NCBI GenBank assembly: GCA_035606845.1
Contig: DATNEA010000072.1
Coordinates: forward strand, 24,234 to 88,233
Origin: Candidatus Angelobacter sp.
Lineage (GTDB): Bacteria; Verrucomicrobiota; Verrucomicrobiia; Limisphaerales; DASXHY01
Direction: 5' to 3'
DNA length: 64,000 nucleotides
Every line of letters begins with the position of its first letter. The stretch's first letter is position 1. Both the position numbers and the translations under genes were made by a program. This document shows positions 39,302 to 49,998 of this stretch, piece by piece. The notes beneath the pieces were generated by a model. That model saw only the letters and a list, made by a program, of their open reading frames with translations. It was not told the DNA's origin and did not search any database.

Positions 39302-41953
39302 ATGAGCAGTGTTGCATCACCTCAACCCACCGCCGGCGAAGCCGCGTTCGATACCCCGCGAACGCTGCCCGAGCTCCTTGCGCCCGCCGGCGATTGGGAA
39401 TGCGCCAAAGCCGCCGTCGAAAACGGCGCTGACGCGATCTATTTCGGTCTCGACAAATTCAACGCCCGAATGCGCGCGCATAATTTCACCGAGGCCGACT
39501 TGCCGCGCCTGATGGAATTCCTGCATCGCCGCGGCGTCCGCGGCTACGTCACCTTCAACACGCTCATCTTCGAAAACGAGCTCGCGGACGCCGGAAATTA
39601 TTTGCGCAGCATCATCACCGCCGGCGTGGATGCCGCAATCGTTCAGGACGTCGGCATTGCCCGGCTCATTCGCCAGCTCTCGCCGGATTTTCCCATCCAC
39701 GCCTCGACGCAAATGACCGTCACGAGCGCCGCCGGCATCGAATTCGCCCGCGAACTCGGCTGCAATCTGGTCGTCCTTGCCCGGGAATGCTCCATCAAAG
39801 AGATCGAGAGGATGCAGCAAACGTTGAATGACAAACGCCGAATGACGAATGGCAAAGAGACGAGCGCAGATGCTCCATTCGTCATTCGTCATTCGTCATT
39901 CCCCTTGGAAGTCTTCGTCCACGGCGCCCTCTGCGTGGCCTATTCCGGCCAATGCCTCACGAGCGAAGCTCTCGGTGGCCGCTCGGCCAATCGCGGCGAA
40001 TGCGCGCAAGCCTGCCGAATGCCCTATGAATTGATTTCGGACAACAAACCGGTTCCGCTGGGCGACAAAAAATATCTCTTGAGCCCGCAGGACCTCGCCG
40101 GCCTGGAAGTGTTGCCCGAATTGATCCGCAGCGGCGTCGCCTCGCTGAAAATCGAAGGCCGCCTCAAAACTCCCGAATACGTCGCCAACATCACCCGCGT
40201 CTACCGCGAAGCCATTGACGAACTCGCGAAAAATTCCGAAGCAGCCCAAACTCGAAACCCGAAACCCGAAACCCGAAACTACAATTTGGAGATGGCCTTT
40301 TCCCGCGGCCTCTACACCGGCTGGTTCGGCGGCATCAACAATCAAAAACTCGTCCACGCGCGCTTCGGAAAAAAGCGCGGCGTTTTCCTCGGCGAAATTG
40401 AATCGGTCTTGCGCGACGGAGTAGTCCTCGAACTTGCAGCCCCTCTGAAACCCGGCGATGGCGTCGTCTTCGACGCCGGCAAACCCGAAGAAAAAGAGCA
40501 GGGTGGCCGCGTCTACGAAATCAGGAAAGTACACAGAAGCGGCACTACTAAGAATCACGGAACACGGAACACGGAACACGAAGCGCACGTCGAACTCCGC
40601 TTCGGCCACGGCGACATCGATTTTTCCCGCATCCACACTGGCGACAAACTCTGGAAAACCAGCGACCCGGAACTCGACCGTCATCTGCGGCAAACGTTCG
40701 AAGGCGACGAACCGAAATTTCAGCAGCCCATCGAAATGGACGTCCACGGCCTCGCCGGCAGGCCGCTTACGCTGATTGCCCGTGACGAACAGGGCCACAT
40801 CGCCCGTGCAGATTCGGCCATGCCGCTCGCCAAAGCCGAAAAACGCCCATTGGACGACAAGCGATTGCGCGAGCAACTAGGCCGGTTGGGTGGCACGCCG
40901 TTCAAACTCGGCGAATTGAAAAATATCCTCACCGGCGAAGTCCTTCTGCCCATCAGCGAATTGAACCGTCTGCGCCGCGAAATCGTCGCGGACCTGGAAC
41001 GCCAGCGCGCCCAGCCAAAGCGGTGGACGCTTCTTGATAGTGGCACGGGCGTCTCGCCCGTGCGAACAGGGACTCACAGGCGAGACGCCCGTGCCACTAC
41101 CGCACCGCGTCTCATCGTCCTCGTACGCCATCTGGTGCAACTCGACGCCGTCCTGAACGCCGGAGTGGAAACCATCTACTGCGACTTCGAAAACCCGAAG
41201 AAATATCGAGACGCCGTAGCCGCCGCGAAACACGAAACACGGAACACGAAACACGAAATTTTCGTCGCCCCTCCGCGCATTTTCAAAACCGGCGAGGAAT
41301 GGACGCTCCAACAAGTCCGCTCCTGCGAGGCCGACGGCTATTTGATCCGCAACTACGATCATCTGAACTTTTTCGCCGACGACCGGCGCGTCTGCGATTT
41401 TTCGTTGAACATCGCCAACCACTTGTCCGCCGATTATTTCAAAAACAAATTCGGCCTCGAACGCGTCACGGCCTCGTATGATTTGAATTTCCAGCAACTC
41501 GAAGCGTTGTTCCAGGGCGCGCCGCCCGAATGGTTCGAGGTCACGATTCATCAGCACATGCCGATGTTTCACATGGAGCACTGCGTGTTTTGCGCCTTCC
41601 TTTCGAGCGGCACTGATTACACGAACTGCGGCCGTCCCTGCGACAAGCACGACGTGAAATTGCGCGACCGCGTCGGGATGGAGCACCCTTTGAAAGCCGA
41701 CGTGGGTTGCCGCAACACGGTCTTCAATGCGCTCGCTCAAACCGGCGCGGAATACGTCGAACGAATGCTATCGTTGGGCGTGGGAAATTTTCGCATCGAG
41801 TTCCTGAACGAAACCCCGGAGCAGGTGACTCAAACCATCGCCAAATATCGCCAGCTTTTGCGCGGCGAAATTTCCGGCACGAATCTCTGGCGCGAATTGC
41901 GTCTCATGAACCAACTGGGCGTCACCCGCGGCCAAATCGCCCAACGCACCTAA
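39302..41953 (+). CDS. U32-family protein with DUF3656 (RlhA-like RNA hydroxylase family), with five repeat-derived in-frame insertions
   Basis: ELLAPAG, HASTQM, HGALCVAYSGQC, SANRGECAQACR, KIEGR, HMEHCVFC. Confidence 0.92.
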   Translation: MSSVASPQPTAGEAAFDTPRTLPELLAPAGDWECAKAAVENGADAIYFGLDKFNARMRAHNFTEADLPRLMEFLHRRGVRGYVTFNTLIFENELADAGNYLRSIITAGVDAAIVQDVGIARLIRQLSPDFPIHASTQMTVTSAAGIEFARELGCNLVVLARECSIKEIERMQQTLNDKRRMTNGKETSADAPFVIRHSSFPLEVFVHGALCVAYSGQCLTSEALGGRSANRGECAQACRMPYELISDNKPVPLGDKKYLLSPQDLAGLEVLPELIRSGVASLKIEGRLKTPEYVANITRVYREAIDELAKNSEAAQTRNPKPETRNYNLEMAFSRGLYTGWFGGINNQKLVHARFGKKRGVFLGEIESVLRDGVVLELAAPLKPGDGVVFDAGKPEEKEQGGRVYEIRKVHRSGTTKNHGTRNTEHEAHVELRFGHGDIDFSRIHTGDKLWKTSDPELDRHLRQTFEGDEPKFQQPIEMDVHGLAGRPLTLIARDEQGHIARADSAMPLAKAEKRPLDDKRLREQLGRLGGTPFKLGELKNILTGEVLLPISELNRLRREIVADLERQRAQPKRWTLLDSGTGVSPVRTGTHRRDARATTAPRLIVLVRHLVQLDAVLNAGVETIYCDFENPKKYRDAVAAAKHETRNTKHEIFVAPPRIFKTGEEWTLQQVRSCEADGYLIRNYDHLNFFADDRRVCDFSLNIANHLSADYFKNKFGLERVTASYDLNFQQLEALFQGAPPEWFEVTIHQHMPMFHMEHCVFCAFLSSGTDYTNCGRPCDKHDVKLRDRVGMEHPLKADVGCRNTVFNALAQTGAEYVERMLSLGVGNFRIEFLNETPEQVTQTIAKYRQLLRGEISGTNLWRELRLMNQLGVTRGQIAQRT

Positions 41954-41992
41954 CTGGAGTTGAGGCGGCTTGGGTACAGGGGCAACTATTAT

Positions 41993-44086
41993 TTAAGGTC
42001 CAAGCACCCGGTAATACCGTGCCGGATTCGTCGCGCTCGGGTCCTGAATGAAAAATGTGCGCTGCGAAGGATTCGTTATCAGCAACGTGCTCCAATTCGT
42101 CGATTTCAGATTCGTCGTGGCCTGCACCGTGTAATTGACGCCCGGCGTTGAGACGGACATCTGAAATTGAAATTGGCTGCCGGACTTCGAGGGCTGGCCG
42201 AGAAGGACTGTCGTTTGCGGCGCTTCGATGGTGATCGAATAATTCTGGTTCGTGGACGCGCCGCTGCCGTCCTGGACATGCGCCGTGAAATTGAACGTGC
42301 CGCTGGTGGTCGGTGTGCCATTCAACCCGCCACCGGAAAGGAACGTCAGCCCTGGCGGCAAGCTGCCGGACTGAAGACTCCAGGTAAATGTATCGTTGCA
42401 ACTGCTCGCCTCGAGTTGCATGGAATAAAAATTCCCCGCCTGGCCGTTCGGCAGCGTCGAAGGGGTCAACACCTGGATCCCGCCGCACGGCATGATGGTG
42501 AAATTAGCGACCGGGTTGTTTCCGGAAGCGGTCACATTCGTGCCACCAGGGCAAAGGTAATTGCCGTTGCCGAAAATGGCGTCGAGACTATCGTTGCCAC
42601 CCTGGCAAGTGACACTCACGGTCCATAGGCCGTTGGGGACGTTGAGCGCGTAATTCCCGTTGTCATCCGTGTCGGCCTGGGTCTGAAAATTCGCGCCGTT
42701 GATCGTCGCCGTCGCCACCACTTGCGCGCCGATGACGGGTTGATTGGTGCTGTCCTGCACGTGTCCCGTGATTTGGTTCGTCGCGAGCAACGCAATGAAA
42801 TCATAGCGCACCGCCTGGCCGGCCGTCAGATTGGTGCCGTTGTCCGGAAACCCATCAAACGCAGGCTGGGAAAAAACGTAATTGGTCGGATTGCCGTCAT
42901 TGCTCACCTCGAGTTGCCATTGAACACCCGGCATGCCGACGGCACCCACAAAATAATTTCCATTCACATCACCCGTCGTATCCTGTTCCAAAGAGTTATT
43001 ATTATCCTGGCTGAACAGGCTGACGCTTGGCACCGGCTGATTCGAGCCATCCTTCACGGTGCCGTAAAAAATCGCGTTGGCTTTTACCAGGGAAACGGTC
43101 GCGCCGGATACGCTCCCGCCGGTCGTGTCCACCTGCATCTTGTTGTTCTGTTCCCGCAAATAGCCGTGGAACGTTGCGGCCTGGTCGGAAACTTGAATTT
43201 GCCATTGGTCCGCCGTCACACCCGCGCGGAAATTTCCATTCGTGTCCGTGAACGCGACTGTTAGCAAACCGCCCTGCGATTCCACGGGAATCAGCGCGCC
43301 CGGCAACCCAACCGCCGCATTGCTTGCGTCGAGAATGCTGCCGGAAATCGTCCGGTCCGACGGCAACAAAAACAAATTCGTGCTCAGGTTCACTCCGCTG
43401 CCGAGACTCACCGAGGCCGCTCCCGCATTCGCCACAAAATTGCTTTTGAACGCCACCAGCACGTAACTTCCCGGCGGCGCGGTAATCAGATAATTGCCCG
43501 AATTGTCCGCGATTGCTCCGCCTTGCGGGTTCAAATTCTGGCCCACCGGCTGGAACAACAGAACCGCCGCGCCAGGCACATTTGTCCCGCTCGCAATCAC
43601 GCTGCCGCTCAAGGATTGCGCAAACGGAAAATTCGTGATCATGAATGAGTTTGTTTGCGGCGAAAAACTTCCGGTGGTGCTCGACACCACAAACAGGTAA
43701 TGACCGCTCATGGTCTGCTCAAAACCGCTCACGCGCAAATTCAGAGCCGCGGTAATCTGTCCCGAAACCGAATCCAGGTCGCCGGGAACGAGCGTATTCG
43801 TCACCGAGGTTGTCCCGTCATGAAAAACATTCGCTTGGCCGTCAGTCAGACTGAAGGCCTGGAAGAGGACGTCCCCGGCGTCCACGACGCCATTGGCATT
43901 CGCATCGACGAATTTTTGCACGAACACTGTCTCACCATTGGCCAGACCCGACACTTGCAAGGTGATCGTGCCGGCGTAAGTGTTGCTCACGGCGACGGGC
44001 GTCACCGTGACTGTCGTAACCGCTTGGATGTTAAATGCGAAGGCCGCCAGGGTACATAAAACGGCCACACCTAGAAACGTCTTCAT
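41993..44086 (-). CDS. Secreted beta-sandwich repeat protein (carboxypeptidase-regulatory-like and putative Ig domains)
   Basis: Signal peptide, repeated GxVxD..TDxxGNY modules, GSLPPGLTF Ig motif, C-terminal QATTNL..W...YYRV domain. Confidence 0.8.
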   Translation of the reverse strand: MKTFLGVAVLCTLAAFAFNIQAVTTVTVTPVAVSNTYAGTITLQVSGLANGETVFVQKFVDANANGVVDAGDVLFQAFSLTDGQANVFHDGTTSVTNTLVPGDLDSVSGQITAALNLRVSGFEQTMSGHYLFVVSSTTGSFSPQTNSFMITNFPFAQSLSGSVIASGTNVPGAAVLLFQPVGQNLNPQGGAIADNSGNYLITAPPGSYVLVAFKSNFVANAGAASVSLGSGVNLSTNLFLLPSDRTISGSILDASNAAVGLPGALIPVESQGGLLTVAFTDTNGNFRAGVTADQWQIQVSDQAATFHGYLREQNNKMQVDTTGGSVSGATVSLVKANAIFYGTVKDGSNQPVPSVSLFSQDNNNSLEQDTTGDVNGNYFVGAVGMPGVQWQLEVSNDGNPTNYVFSQPAFDGFPDNGTNLTAGQAVRYDFIALLATNQITGHVQDSTNQPVIGAQVVATATINGANFQTQADTDDNGNYALNVPNGLWTVSVTCQGGNDSLDAIFGNGNYLCPGGTNVTASGNNPVANFTIMPCGGIQVLTPSTLPNGQAGNFYSMQLEASSCNDTFTWSLQSGSLPPGLTFLSGGGLNGTPTTSGTFNFTAHVQDGSGASTNQNYSITIEAPQTTVLLGQPSKSGSQFQFQMSVSTPGVNYTVQATTNLKSTNWSTLLITNPSQRTFFIQDPSATNPARYYRVLGP

Positions 44087-44174
44087 AAGTTCGCTTTCTG
44101 ATTCACTACCGATTGTCCAGTAACTCTTTTGAAGCAAACAACCTGCCAAAATGCCTTAGGACAGGCTAAATCGG

Positions 44175-45158
44175 TCAAGCCCGGCTGGCGGCCAACTGCT
44201 TTGCCAATCGAATCGCCGAAATCATCGAGGAAGGATCCGCAATACCTTCACCGGCAATATCATAGGCCGTGCCATGGTCCGGCGAGGTGCGGATAAATGG
44301 CAAACCGAGCGTCCAGTTCACGCCCGTTTCAAAGCCGATCAGCTTCAGCGGGCAGAGCCCTTGATCGTGGTACATCGCCACCACTGCATCGTAATCGCCT
44401 CGGTAAGCATGATAAAAAAGCGTGTCGGCGCTCAATGGTCCGGCCGCGTCAATGTTCCGGCGTTGCATCGCGAGCACGGCGGGGCCGACGGTCGTTTTTT
44501 CCTCGGCGCCAAGTTCGCCGCCTTCGCCCGCGTGCGGGTTCAGGCCGCATACCGCCACGCGCGCGCGCGGCAGGCGCAAATCGCGACAGGCGTTTGCTGC
44601 CAGTTCAATGGCCAACTCGATTTTCGCGCGCGTCAATTGCGCCGCGACCATTTTCAGCGGCACATGTGTCGTCGCCAGCGCCACCCGCAGCCAGCGCCCG
44701 CGCTCGTCATGACCCAGGAGCATCATCACGGTTTTGTCCGTCCCGGCAATTTGCGAGAGAAACTCCGTTTGCCCGACAAACGCCTGGCCCGCGCGGATGA
44801 TGTTCGCCTTGTTCACGGGGGCGGTGACCATCGCGTTCAACTCTTGCCGCAGGCATCGTTCAGCGGCCTCTTTCAGCCACGCCACGGCCGCTCGTGCGGC
44901 AGCCGGAGAACCCGCGACCAGGTCGGCCGATAAGGAATCAGAGAGCGGATTAAAAATGCAAATGCGCCCGGAATCTTTCCCGCGATAATCCTCCAGTGCC
45001 AGGTTGAGTTGAAGCTGCTCGTTGATCCGCCGCGCGCATCCGGCGTCGCCGATGATCAGGTAACGCGCGTCGCCGGCCTGCGCTTCCTTTGCCAGCGCCT
45101 TCAGCGTCACCTCGGGACCAACTCCCGTGACGTCACCGAGTGTAATGCCAATCCACAT
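44175..45158 (-). CDS. pdxA: 4-hydroxythreonine-4-phosphate dehydrogenase
   Basis: GDVTGVGPE, TAPVNK, TTHVPL, GLNPHAGE, MYHDQG, RTSPDHGTAYDIAG. Confidence 0.95.
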   Translation of the reverse strand: MWIGITLGDVTGVGPEVTLKALAKEAQAGDARYLIIGDAGCARRINEQLQLNLALEDYRGKDSGRICIFNPLSDSLSADLVAGSPAAARAAVAWLKEAAERCLRQELNAMVTAPVNKANIIRAGQAFVGQTEFLSQIAGTDKTVMMLLGHDERGRWLRVALATTHVPLKMVAAQLTRAKIELAIELAANACRDLRLPRARVAVCGLNPHAGEGGELGAEEKTTVGPAVLAMQRRNIDAAGPLSADTLFYHAYRGDYDAVVAMYHDQGLCPLKLIGFETGVNWTLGLPFIRTSPDHGTAYDIAGEGIADPSSMISAIRLAKQLAASRA

Positions 45159-45190
45159 GTCGAATCATCGCCGAAGAGTTTGCGGCCTCA

Positions 45191-46159
45191 TCAATAGGGG
45201 AATTCGCGGACGAACGTCTTTTTCCTAAGCTTCTCAATCCATGCCTGCTGCAGGCGCGTGCGTTCCTTCGCCAGCAGCAGCTTCTCGATCTGGTCGCGGA
45301 CGTCGGCCAGTGGCCTCACTCGGGCGTCCTGCCGGTCTTCCACCAGCATGATGTAATAGGCGCCCGGCGTTTCAATCACGCCGCTCATTTGGCCCGGCTT
45401 GAGCGTGAACGCCACGTCCGCCAGCTCCTTGCGCAGCACCGATTTCTCGACCCAATCCCATTCGCCGCCTTGCCTGGCTTGCGAACCTTGCGAATAAATC
45501 GTGGCCATGTCCGCGAACGATGCGCCGCCTTTGAGCTTGCCCAGGATTTCCTCGGCCAGCCGCTTGGTCTGCGTGGTATCCGTCTCGGGCGCATTCGTGA
45601 GCACAATCATCCGCAGCTTCACCCGGTCCTCTTCTTTGAAGTCATCCTTGTGGTCGAGGTAATAAGTTTCGATTTTGTGCGGCGAAATGATGATCGCGCT
45701 GGACACGTTCTTGATGCGCATTTGCTCGACAATGAACGTATCCCGGTAATCCTGCCGCGCCCGCTCGTAAGTGATTCCTTCCTCCTGCAACGTTTTGATA
45801 AACGCCACGCGATCCCCGTGGTATTTGTCCTTGATATAATTCTCGAATTCCTCGTCGATGATGCTCTCGGGGAGATTGTAGCCGGCGGTTTCGAAGTCGT
45901 GCAGGATCAATTGCCGTTCCTGCAATTCCTCGAGCGTTTCCTTGTAAGCATCGGCGAGCTTCTGGCGCAAGACATCCGGCTGTCCGGCGTACTCCTCGCG
46001 CAGTTGCTGCACCACGCGCGCGCTGGCGTCATCCACATCCTGAAAAGTGATCACCGAATCGTGAACGATGGAGTCAATGCCATCCGCCAATTCAGCCCCG
46101 GCCCTGAATCCGAAGCCGGTCAACATTGCTCCCGCCAGAATCGCACAAAGGAATCTCAT
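45191..46159 (-). CDS. surA: SurA-like peptidyl-prolyl isomerase
   Basis: Signal peptide, SurA N domain, parvulin motifs (FADMATIYS, SGVIET); upstream of pdxA. Confidence 0.8.
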   Translation of the reverse strand: MRFLCAILAGAMLTGFGFRAGAELADGIDSIVHDSVITFQDVDDASARVVQQLREEYAGQPDVLRQKLADAYKETLEELQERQLILHDFETAGYNLPESIIDEEFENYIKDKYHGDRVAFIKTLQEEGITYERARQDYRDTFIVEQMRIKNVSSAIIISPHKIETYYLDHKDDFKEEDRVKLRMIVLTNAPETDTTQTKRLAEEILGKLKGGASFADMATIYSQGSQARQGGEWDWVEKSVLRKELADVAFTLKPGQMSGVIETPGAYYIMLVEDRQDARVRPLADVRDQIEKLLLAKERTRLQQAWIEKLRKKTFVREFPY

Positions 46160-46219
46160 CAATTGACCGAAGTGTAGCGGCTCGCGTGAGCCGGTCAAGA
46201 GCTTGCGAAAGGAACGCGA

Positions 46220-46351
46220 AAAAGCTCCAAGGACCAAGCGTCCAAGCACCAGAGAAGCTCCAAAAGCCAAGCTCCAACTCATCGCCGGGCGTCATTGGTT
46301 CTTGGAGCTTGAGTTTTCTCTGGAGCTTGGAGATTGGACGCTTGGAGATTT
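46220..46351. repeat. Inverted ~7-bp tandem repeat (CTCCAAG-like ... CTTGGAG-like)
   Basis: Between the divergent surA and GH20 genes; related array at 56753-56834. Confidence 0.8.
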
Positions 46352-46371
46352 CGAAGGCACATTGATCTTCA

Positions 46372-48402
46372 ATGAGAGCTTACCTGTCAGCCATTTGCGT
46401 TAGTCTTGTCGCCGCAACGGCATTCGGCGCGGAGCCAAGCGCGCCGTCCGTTATTCCTGCGCCACAAAAAATGGAGGTCAGCAACGGCCAATTCACGCTT
46501 TCATCGGCCGCGCAGATTGACATCGACGCACCCTCGGCTGCCACCGGCGAATTTCTCGCCGCCAAATTGCGCGCCGCCACCGGCTATCGAATTCCGCTCT
46601 ACACCAACAATGCGTCCGATAAAGGCGCCATCCAGCTCACGACCAAAAACGCCAACGCCTCTCTCGGCGCGGAAGGCTATGAATTGAATGTCACTCCGGA
46701 CGCCGTCACCATCAAGGCGCCCGCACAGGCTGGTTTGTTTTACGGCGTCCAAACTTTGTTGCAATTGTTCCCGCCGCAGATTTTTGCCTCCGCTCCGGCC
46801 ACGAATGTGCACTGGCAAATCCCATTCGCCGTTCACATCGAAGATCAGCCGCGGTTTCCCTGGCGCGGATTCATGCTCGATGTCAGCCGCCATTTTTTCA
46901 GCAAATCCGAAGTCGAGCGCGTCCTCGATTTAATGGCCCTGCACAAGCTGAACATGTTCCATTGGCATCTGACCGACGACCAGGGCTGGCGCATTGAAAT
47001 CAAAAAATATCCCAAGCTTACTCAAATCGGCGCATGGCGCGACCAAAGCCTCATTACTCCGCCGAACGGCGATGATGGCCATCGCCAGGCGGACCACATC
47101 CATCCTGCGTGGGACGTCGCGCCGAAAACGGACTATAATTCGGCTGGCCGTTACGGCGGCTTTTATACCCAGGACGATATTCGCGAAGTCGTCGCCTACG
47201 CCGCCGCGCGCCACATCACGGTCGTGCCGGAAATCGAAATGCCCGGCCACGCCATCGCGGCACTGGCCGCCTATCCCGAGTTAAGTTGTGATGGCGGCAG
47301 CTACAGCGTCAACGTCCAGGCCGGCGTGAACAAAGGCGTTTTTTGCGTTGGCAAGGATGGCGTCTTCACGTTCCTGCAAAATGTGTTGCTGGAAGTGTTC
47401 CAGTTGTTTCCCGGCAAATATGTTCACGTTGGCGGCGACGAAGTGAATGCCGCCATCAAAAAAGACACCTGGGGCAAATCGCCCGAATGCCTGGCGCTCA
47501 TGAAGGCGCACGGACTAAAAACGCTCGACGAATTGCAAGGTTGGTTCACCGGCAAAATCGGACAATTCATCGCCGATCACGGCAAGATCATGATCGGCTG
47601 GACCGAAATCGCCGAAAGCCCGCTCCCGCCGAACGCGATCGTGATGGATTGGCAGGGTGGGGCGCTCGCCGCCGCCACGAACGGCCACGATGTCGTCATG
47701 AGCCCGACGAGATTTTGTTACTTCGATTACTACCAGTCCATCGATACCGCCGCCGAGCCGCCCGGCACTGGCGGATATGTGCCGCTCGAAAAAGTCTATT
47801 CTTTCGAACCGGTCCCCGCCGGTCTCGCGCCGAAATTTCGCTCCCGCATTCTCGGCGCGCAAGGCAATCTCTGGACCGAATACATCCCCTCGTTCGCGCA
47901 CGTCGAATACATGGCCTTCCCGCGCCTGAGCGCGCTTGCCGAAGTCGTTTGGTCGCCGAAAGCCGAGCGCAACTGGGACGACTTCAGCCGCCGCCTGCAA
48001 GTGCATGAACAAAGGCTGGAAATCCTGGGCGTGAATTTCCGCCGCGACCTTTCGGTGAAAATCGGCGAATGGACGCCCGTGCAACTTTCCACGAACGCCG
48101 AAGGCGCCAACCTCGAATGGGACGTCACATCGCAAATTAAATCGGCTGGCCAATATCGCGTGTTGTTCAAATACACGCACGGCCCCGGTCTTCTGATCAA
48201 ATCTGTTTCCCTGTTGGAAAACGGAACGCCTGTCGCCACCGATTCCCACGAGGGCTTTGCCGCGCGCCACCCGACTAAGCCCGCTTACGTCCTGAATCTC
48301 GCCTCGCGAAAACCCGGCGCGAAATACACCCTGCGCGCCAACGTCGTCGGGACGGGGTCTTCGGGAATGGTCACATTGCTTTTCAACCCGCACGCCAAGT
48401 GA
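46372..48402 (+). CDS. Beta-N-acetylhexosaminidase (GH20)
   Basis: PRFPWRGFMLDVSRHF, HWHLTDDQGWR, EIEMPGH, HVGGDEV, LWTEY. Confidence 0.95.
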   Translation: MRAYLSAICVSLVAATAFGAEPSAPSVIPAPQKMEVSNGQFTLSSAAQIDIDAPSAATGEFLAAKLRAATGYRIPLYTNNASDKGAIQLTTKNANASLGAEGYELNVTPDAVTIKAPAQAGLFYGVQTLLQLFPPQIFASAPATNVHWQIPFAVHIEDQPRFPWRGFMLDVSRHFFSKSEVERVLDLMALHKLNMFHWHLTDDQGWRIEIKKYPKLTQIGAWRDQSLITPPNGDDGHRQADHIHPAWDVAPKTDYNSAGRYGGFYTQDDIREVVAYAAARHITVVPEIEMPGHAIAALAAYPELSCDGGSYSVNVQAGVNKGVFCVGKDGVFTFLQNVLLEVFQLFPGKYVHVGGDEVNAAIKKDTWGKSPECLALMKAHGLKTLDELQGWFTGKIGQFIADHGKIMIGWTEIAESPLPPNAIVMDWQGGALAAATNGHDVVMSPTRFCYFDYYQSIDTAAEPPGTGGYVPLEKVYSFEPVPAGLAPKFRSRILGAQGNLWTEYIPSFAHVEYMAFPRLSALAEVVWSPKAERNWDDFSRRLQVHEQRLEILGVNFRRDLSVKIGEWTPVQLSTNAEGANLEWDVTSQIKSAGQYRVLFKYTHGPGLLIKSVSLLENGTPVATDSHEGFAARHPTKPAYVLNLASRKPGAKYTLRANVVGTGSSGMVTLLFNPHAK

Positions 48403-48418
48403 ATGGCAGGTCAAACGT

Positions 48419-48590
48419 AAATCCGAAGGCCGAAGCCCGAAATCCGAAAAAAATCCGAATTCCGAACTCCGAACTCGAAGCAGGATTGGCGGTGGCGGCT
48501 GATTTCAAATCACGTCCTAGCGGAGCAAACGCGCCAATTCATTTCGGGTTTCGAATTTCTTTCGGATTTCGGGCTTCGGCCTTCGGATTT
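48419..48590. repeat. Inverted 7-bp tandem repeat (TCCGAAA-like ... TTTCGGA-like)
   Basis: Long arms visible; related arrays at 30716-30756 (one arm only) and 62476-62591. Confidence 0.85.
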
Positions 48591-48650
48591 GATTCGTTTC
48601 CTTCGCAAAAAACTTTCTACAGCAGCCAAAAACCCTTATCAACAACGCCG

Positions 48651-49550
48651 ATGACCAAACCAACTTTGCTCGTTCTCGCCGCCGGCATGGGCAGCCGCTA
48701 TGGCGGCCTCAAACAAATCGATCCCGTCGGCCCCGCCGGCGAAACCATCATCGATTATTCCATTTTCGACGCCATCCGCGCCGGGTTCGGCAAACTGGTC
48801 TTCGTCATCCGCCACGATATCGAAGCCGCCTTTCGCGAAGCCATCGGCGCGCGTTTCGAAAAACGTCTGCCCGTCGAATACGTCTTCCAGGAATTGGATA
48901 AATTGCCGCCCAGCTTTTCCGTGCCGCCGAACCGCAAAAAACCCTGGGGCACCGGCCAGGCCATCCTCATGGCCGCCGACGTGATTCGCGAACCCTTCGC
49001 CGCCATCAACGCCGACGATTTTTACGGCGCCGCTTCCTTCCGCGTTCTGGCCGAGCACCTGCGCTCCGGCTCGCCCGATTACGCCATGGTCGGTTTTGTG
49101 TTGCGCAACACGCTGTCCGAATTCGGCAGCGTCGCCCGCGGCGCGTGCGAGGTCGGCCCGGACGGATATTTGCGCGGCGTGACGGAATTGACCAAAATCG
49201 AAAAAGAGGGCACCGGCGCGAAATACACCGATGCCTCCGGAACCGTTCAGCGACTCACCGGTGACGAGCCCGTCTCAATGAACATGTGGGGTTTTACTCC
49301 AACTTTATTTGCCCGCCTGCACGAGCAATTTGTGGAATTCCTGAAACGTCAGAGCCAGGAGGAAAAATCCGAATTCTATATTCCGTTGGCTGTAAACCAA
49401 CTGGTGAGCGCAAAAAAAGAGCGCTGTAAGGTTCTCCGCACCACCGATTCCTGGTTCGGCGTGACTTATCGCGAAGATCGCCCGTTCGTCGTCGAAGGGA
49501 TCCGCAAATTGATTGCGCGCGGCGATTATCCGAAAAAGCTTTGGGATTAG
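48651..49550 (+). CDS. Sugar-phosphate nucleotidyltransferase family protein
   Basis: LAAGMGSRYGGLKQ, KPWGTG, INADDFYG, SMNMWGF, WFGVTY. Confidence 0.9.
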   Translation: MTKPTLLVLAAGMGSRYGGLKQIDPVGPAGETIIDYSIFDAIRAGFGKLVFVIRHDIEAAFREAIGARFEKRLPVEYVFQELDKLPPSFSVPPNRKKPWGTGQAILMAADVIREPFAAINADDFYGAASFRVLAEHLRSGSPDYAMVGFVLRNTLSEFGSVARGACEVGPDGYLRGVTELTKIEKEGTGAKYTDASGTVQRLTGDEPVSMNMWGFTPTLFARLHEQFVEFLKRQSQEEKSEFYIPLAVNQLVSAKKERCKVLRTTDSWFGVTYREDRPFVVEGIRKLIARGDYPKKLWD

Positions 49551-49573
49551 TTCGCGGGCTTCGGAAAATTGCT

Positions 49574-49987
49574 TCAACCCTGAGCCGGCACAGCCAGGAA
49601 TCCGCGGCATTTAGAGGAACCGCAGTTGCATTGGATGCTTAGGCCCGGGACTTTCTCCACGACGTAATCCACCGTAATTTCCTCGCCCTTTTTGATCGCG
49701 CGAATAGCCACGTCGCGCCCGTCGCCTCCGCATGCATTGGCATCGCAGGAATGATTGACCCAGCAGGCCGGCGGCTTGAATAAAATATATTGCCCCTCAA
49801 TAAAAGAGACGCGCTTCCGTTCATCCGACGAAAGTTTTTCGACCTTCTCTGCCGTTAAAACTTCCGTGCAGGTAGCCCATTCAATGAGCACCTCGCCTCG
49901 CGCGATATCGTGCGCGGCGAAAATGCCGACGCCATGAATGCAACTACGCCGAGCTTCGATCATTTGCGAACGGTAGCTGATAGTCAT
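49574..49987 (-). CDS. SET-domain protein-lysine methyltransferase with post-SET motif
   Basis: HGVGIFA, VNHSCDAN, EEITVDY, CNCGSSKCRG. Confidence 0.9.
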   Translation of the reverse strand: MTISYRSQMIEARRSCIHGVGIFAAHDIARGEVLIEWATCTEVLTAEKVEKLSSDERKRVSFIEGQYILFKPPACWVNHSCDANACGGDGRDVAIRAIKKGEEITVDYVVEKVPGLSIQCNCGSSKCRGFLAVPAQG

Positions 49988-49998
49988 CTACAGAAAGG

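Noticed and set aside
48399..48650. N-terminal extension of the nucleotidyltransferase ORF
   Set aside because: Translation of the 7-mer array; the family start is MTKPTLLVLAAG at 48651.
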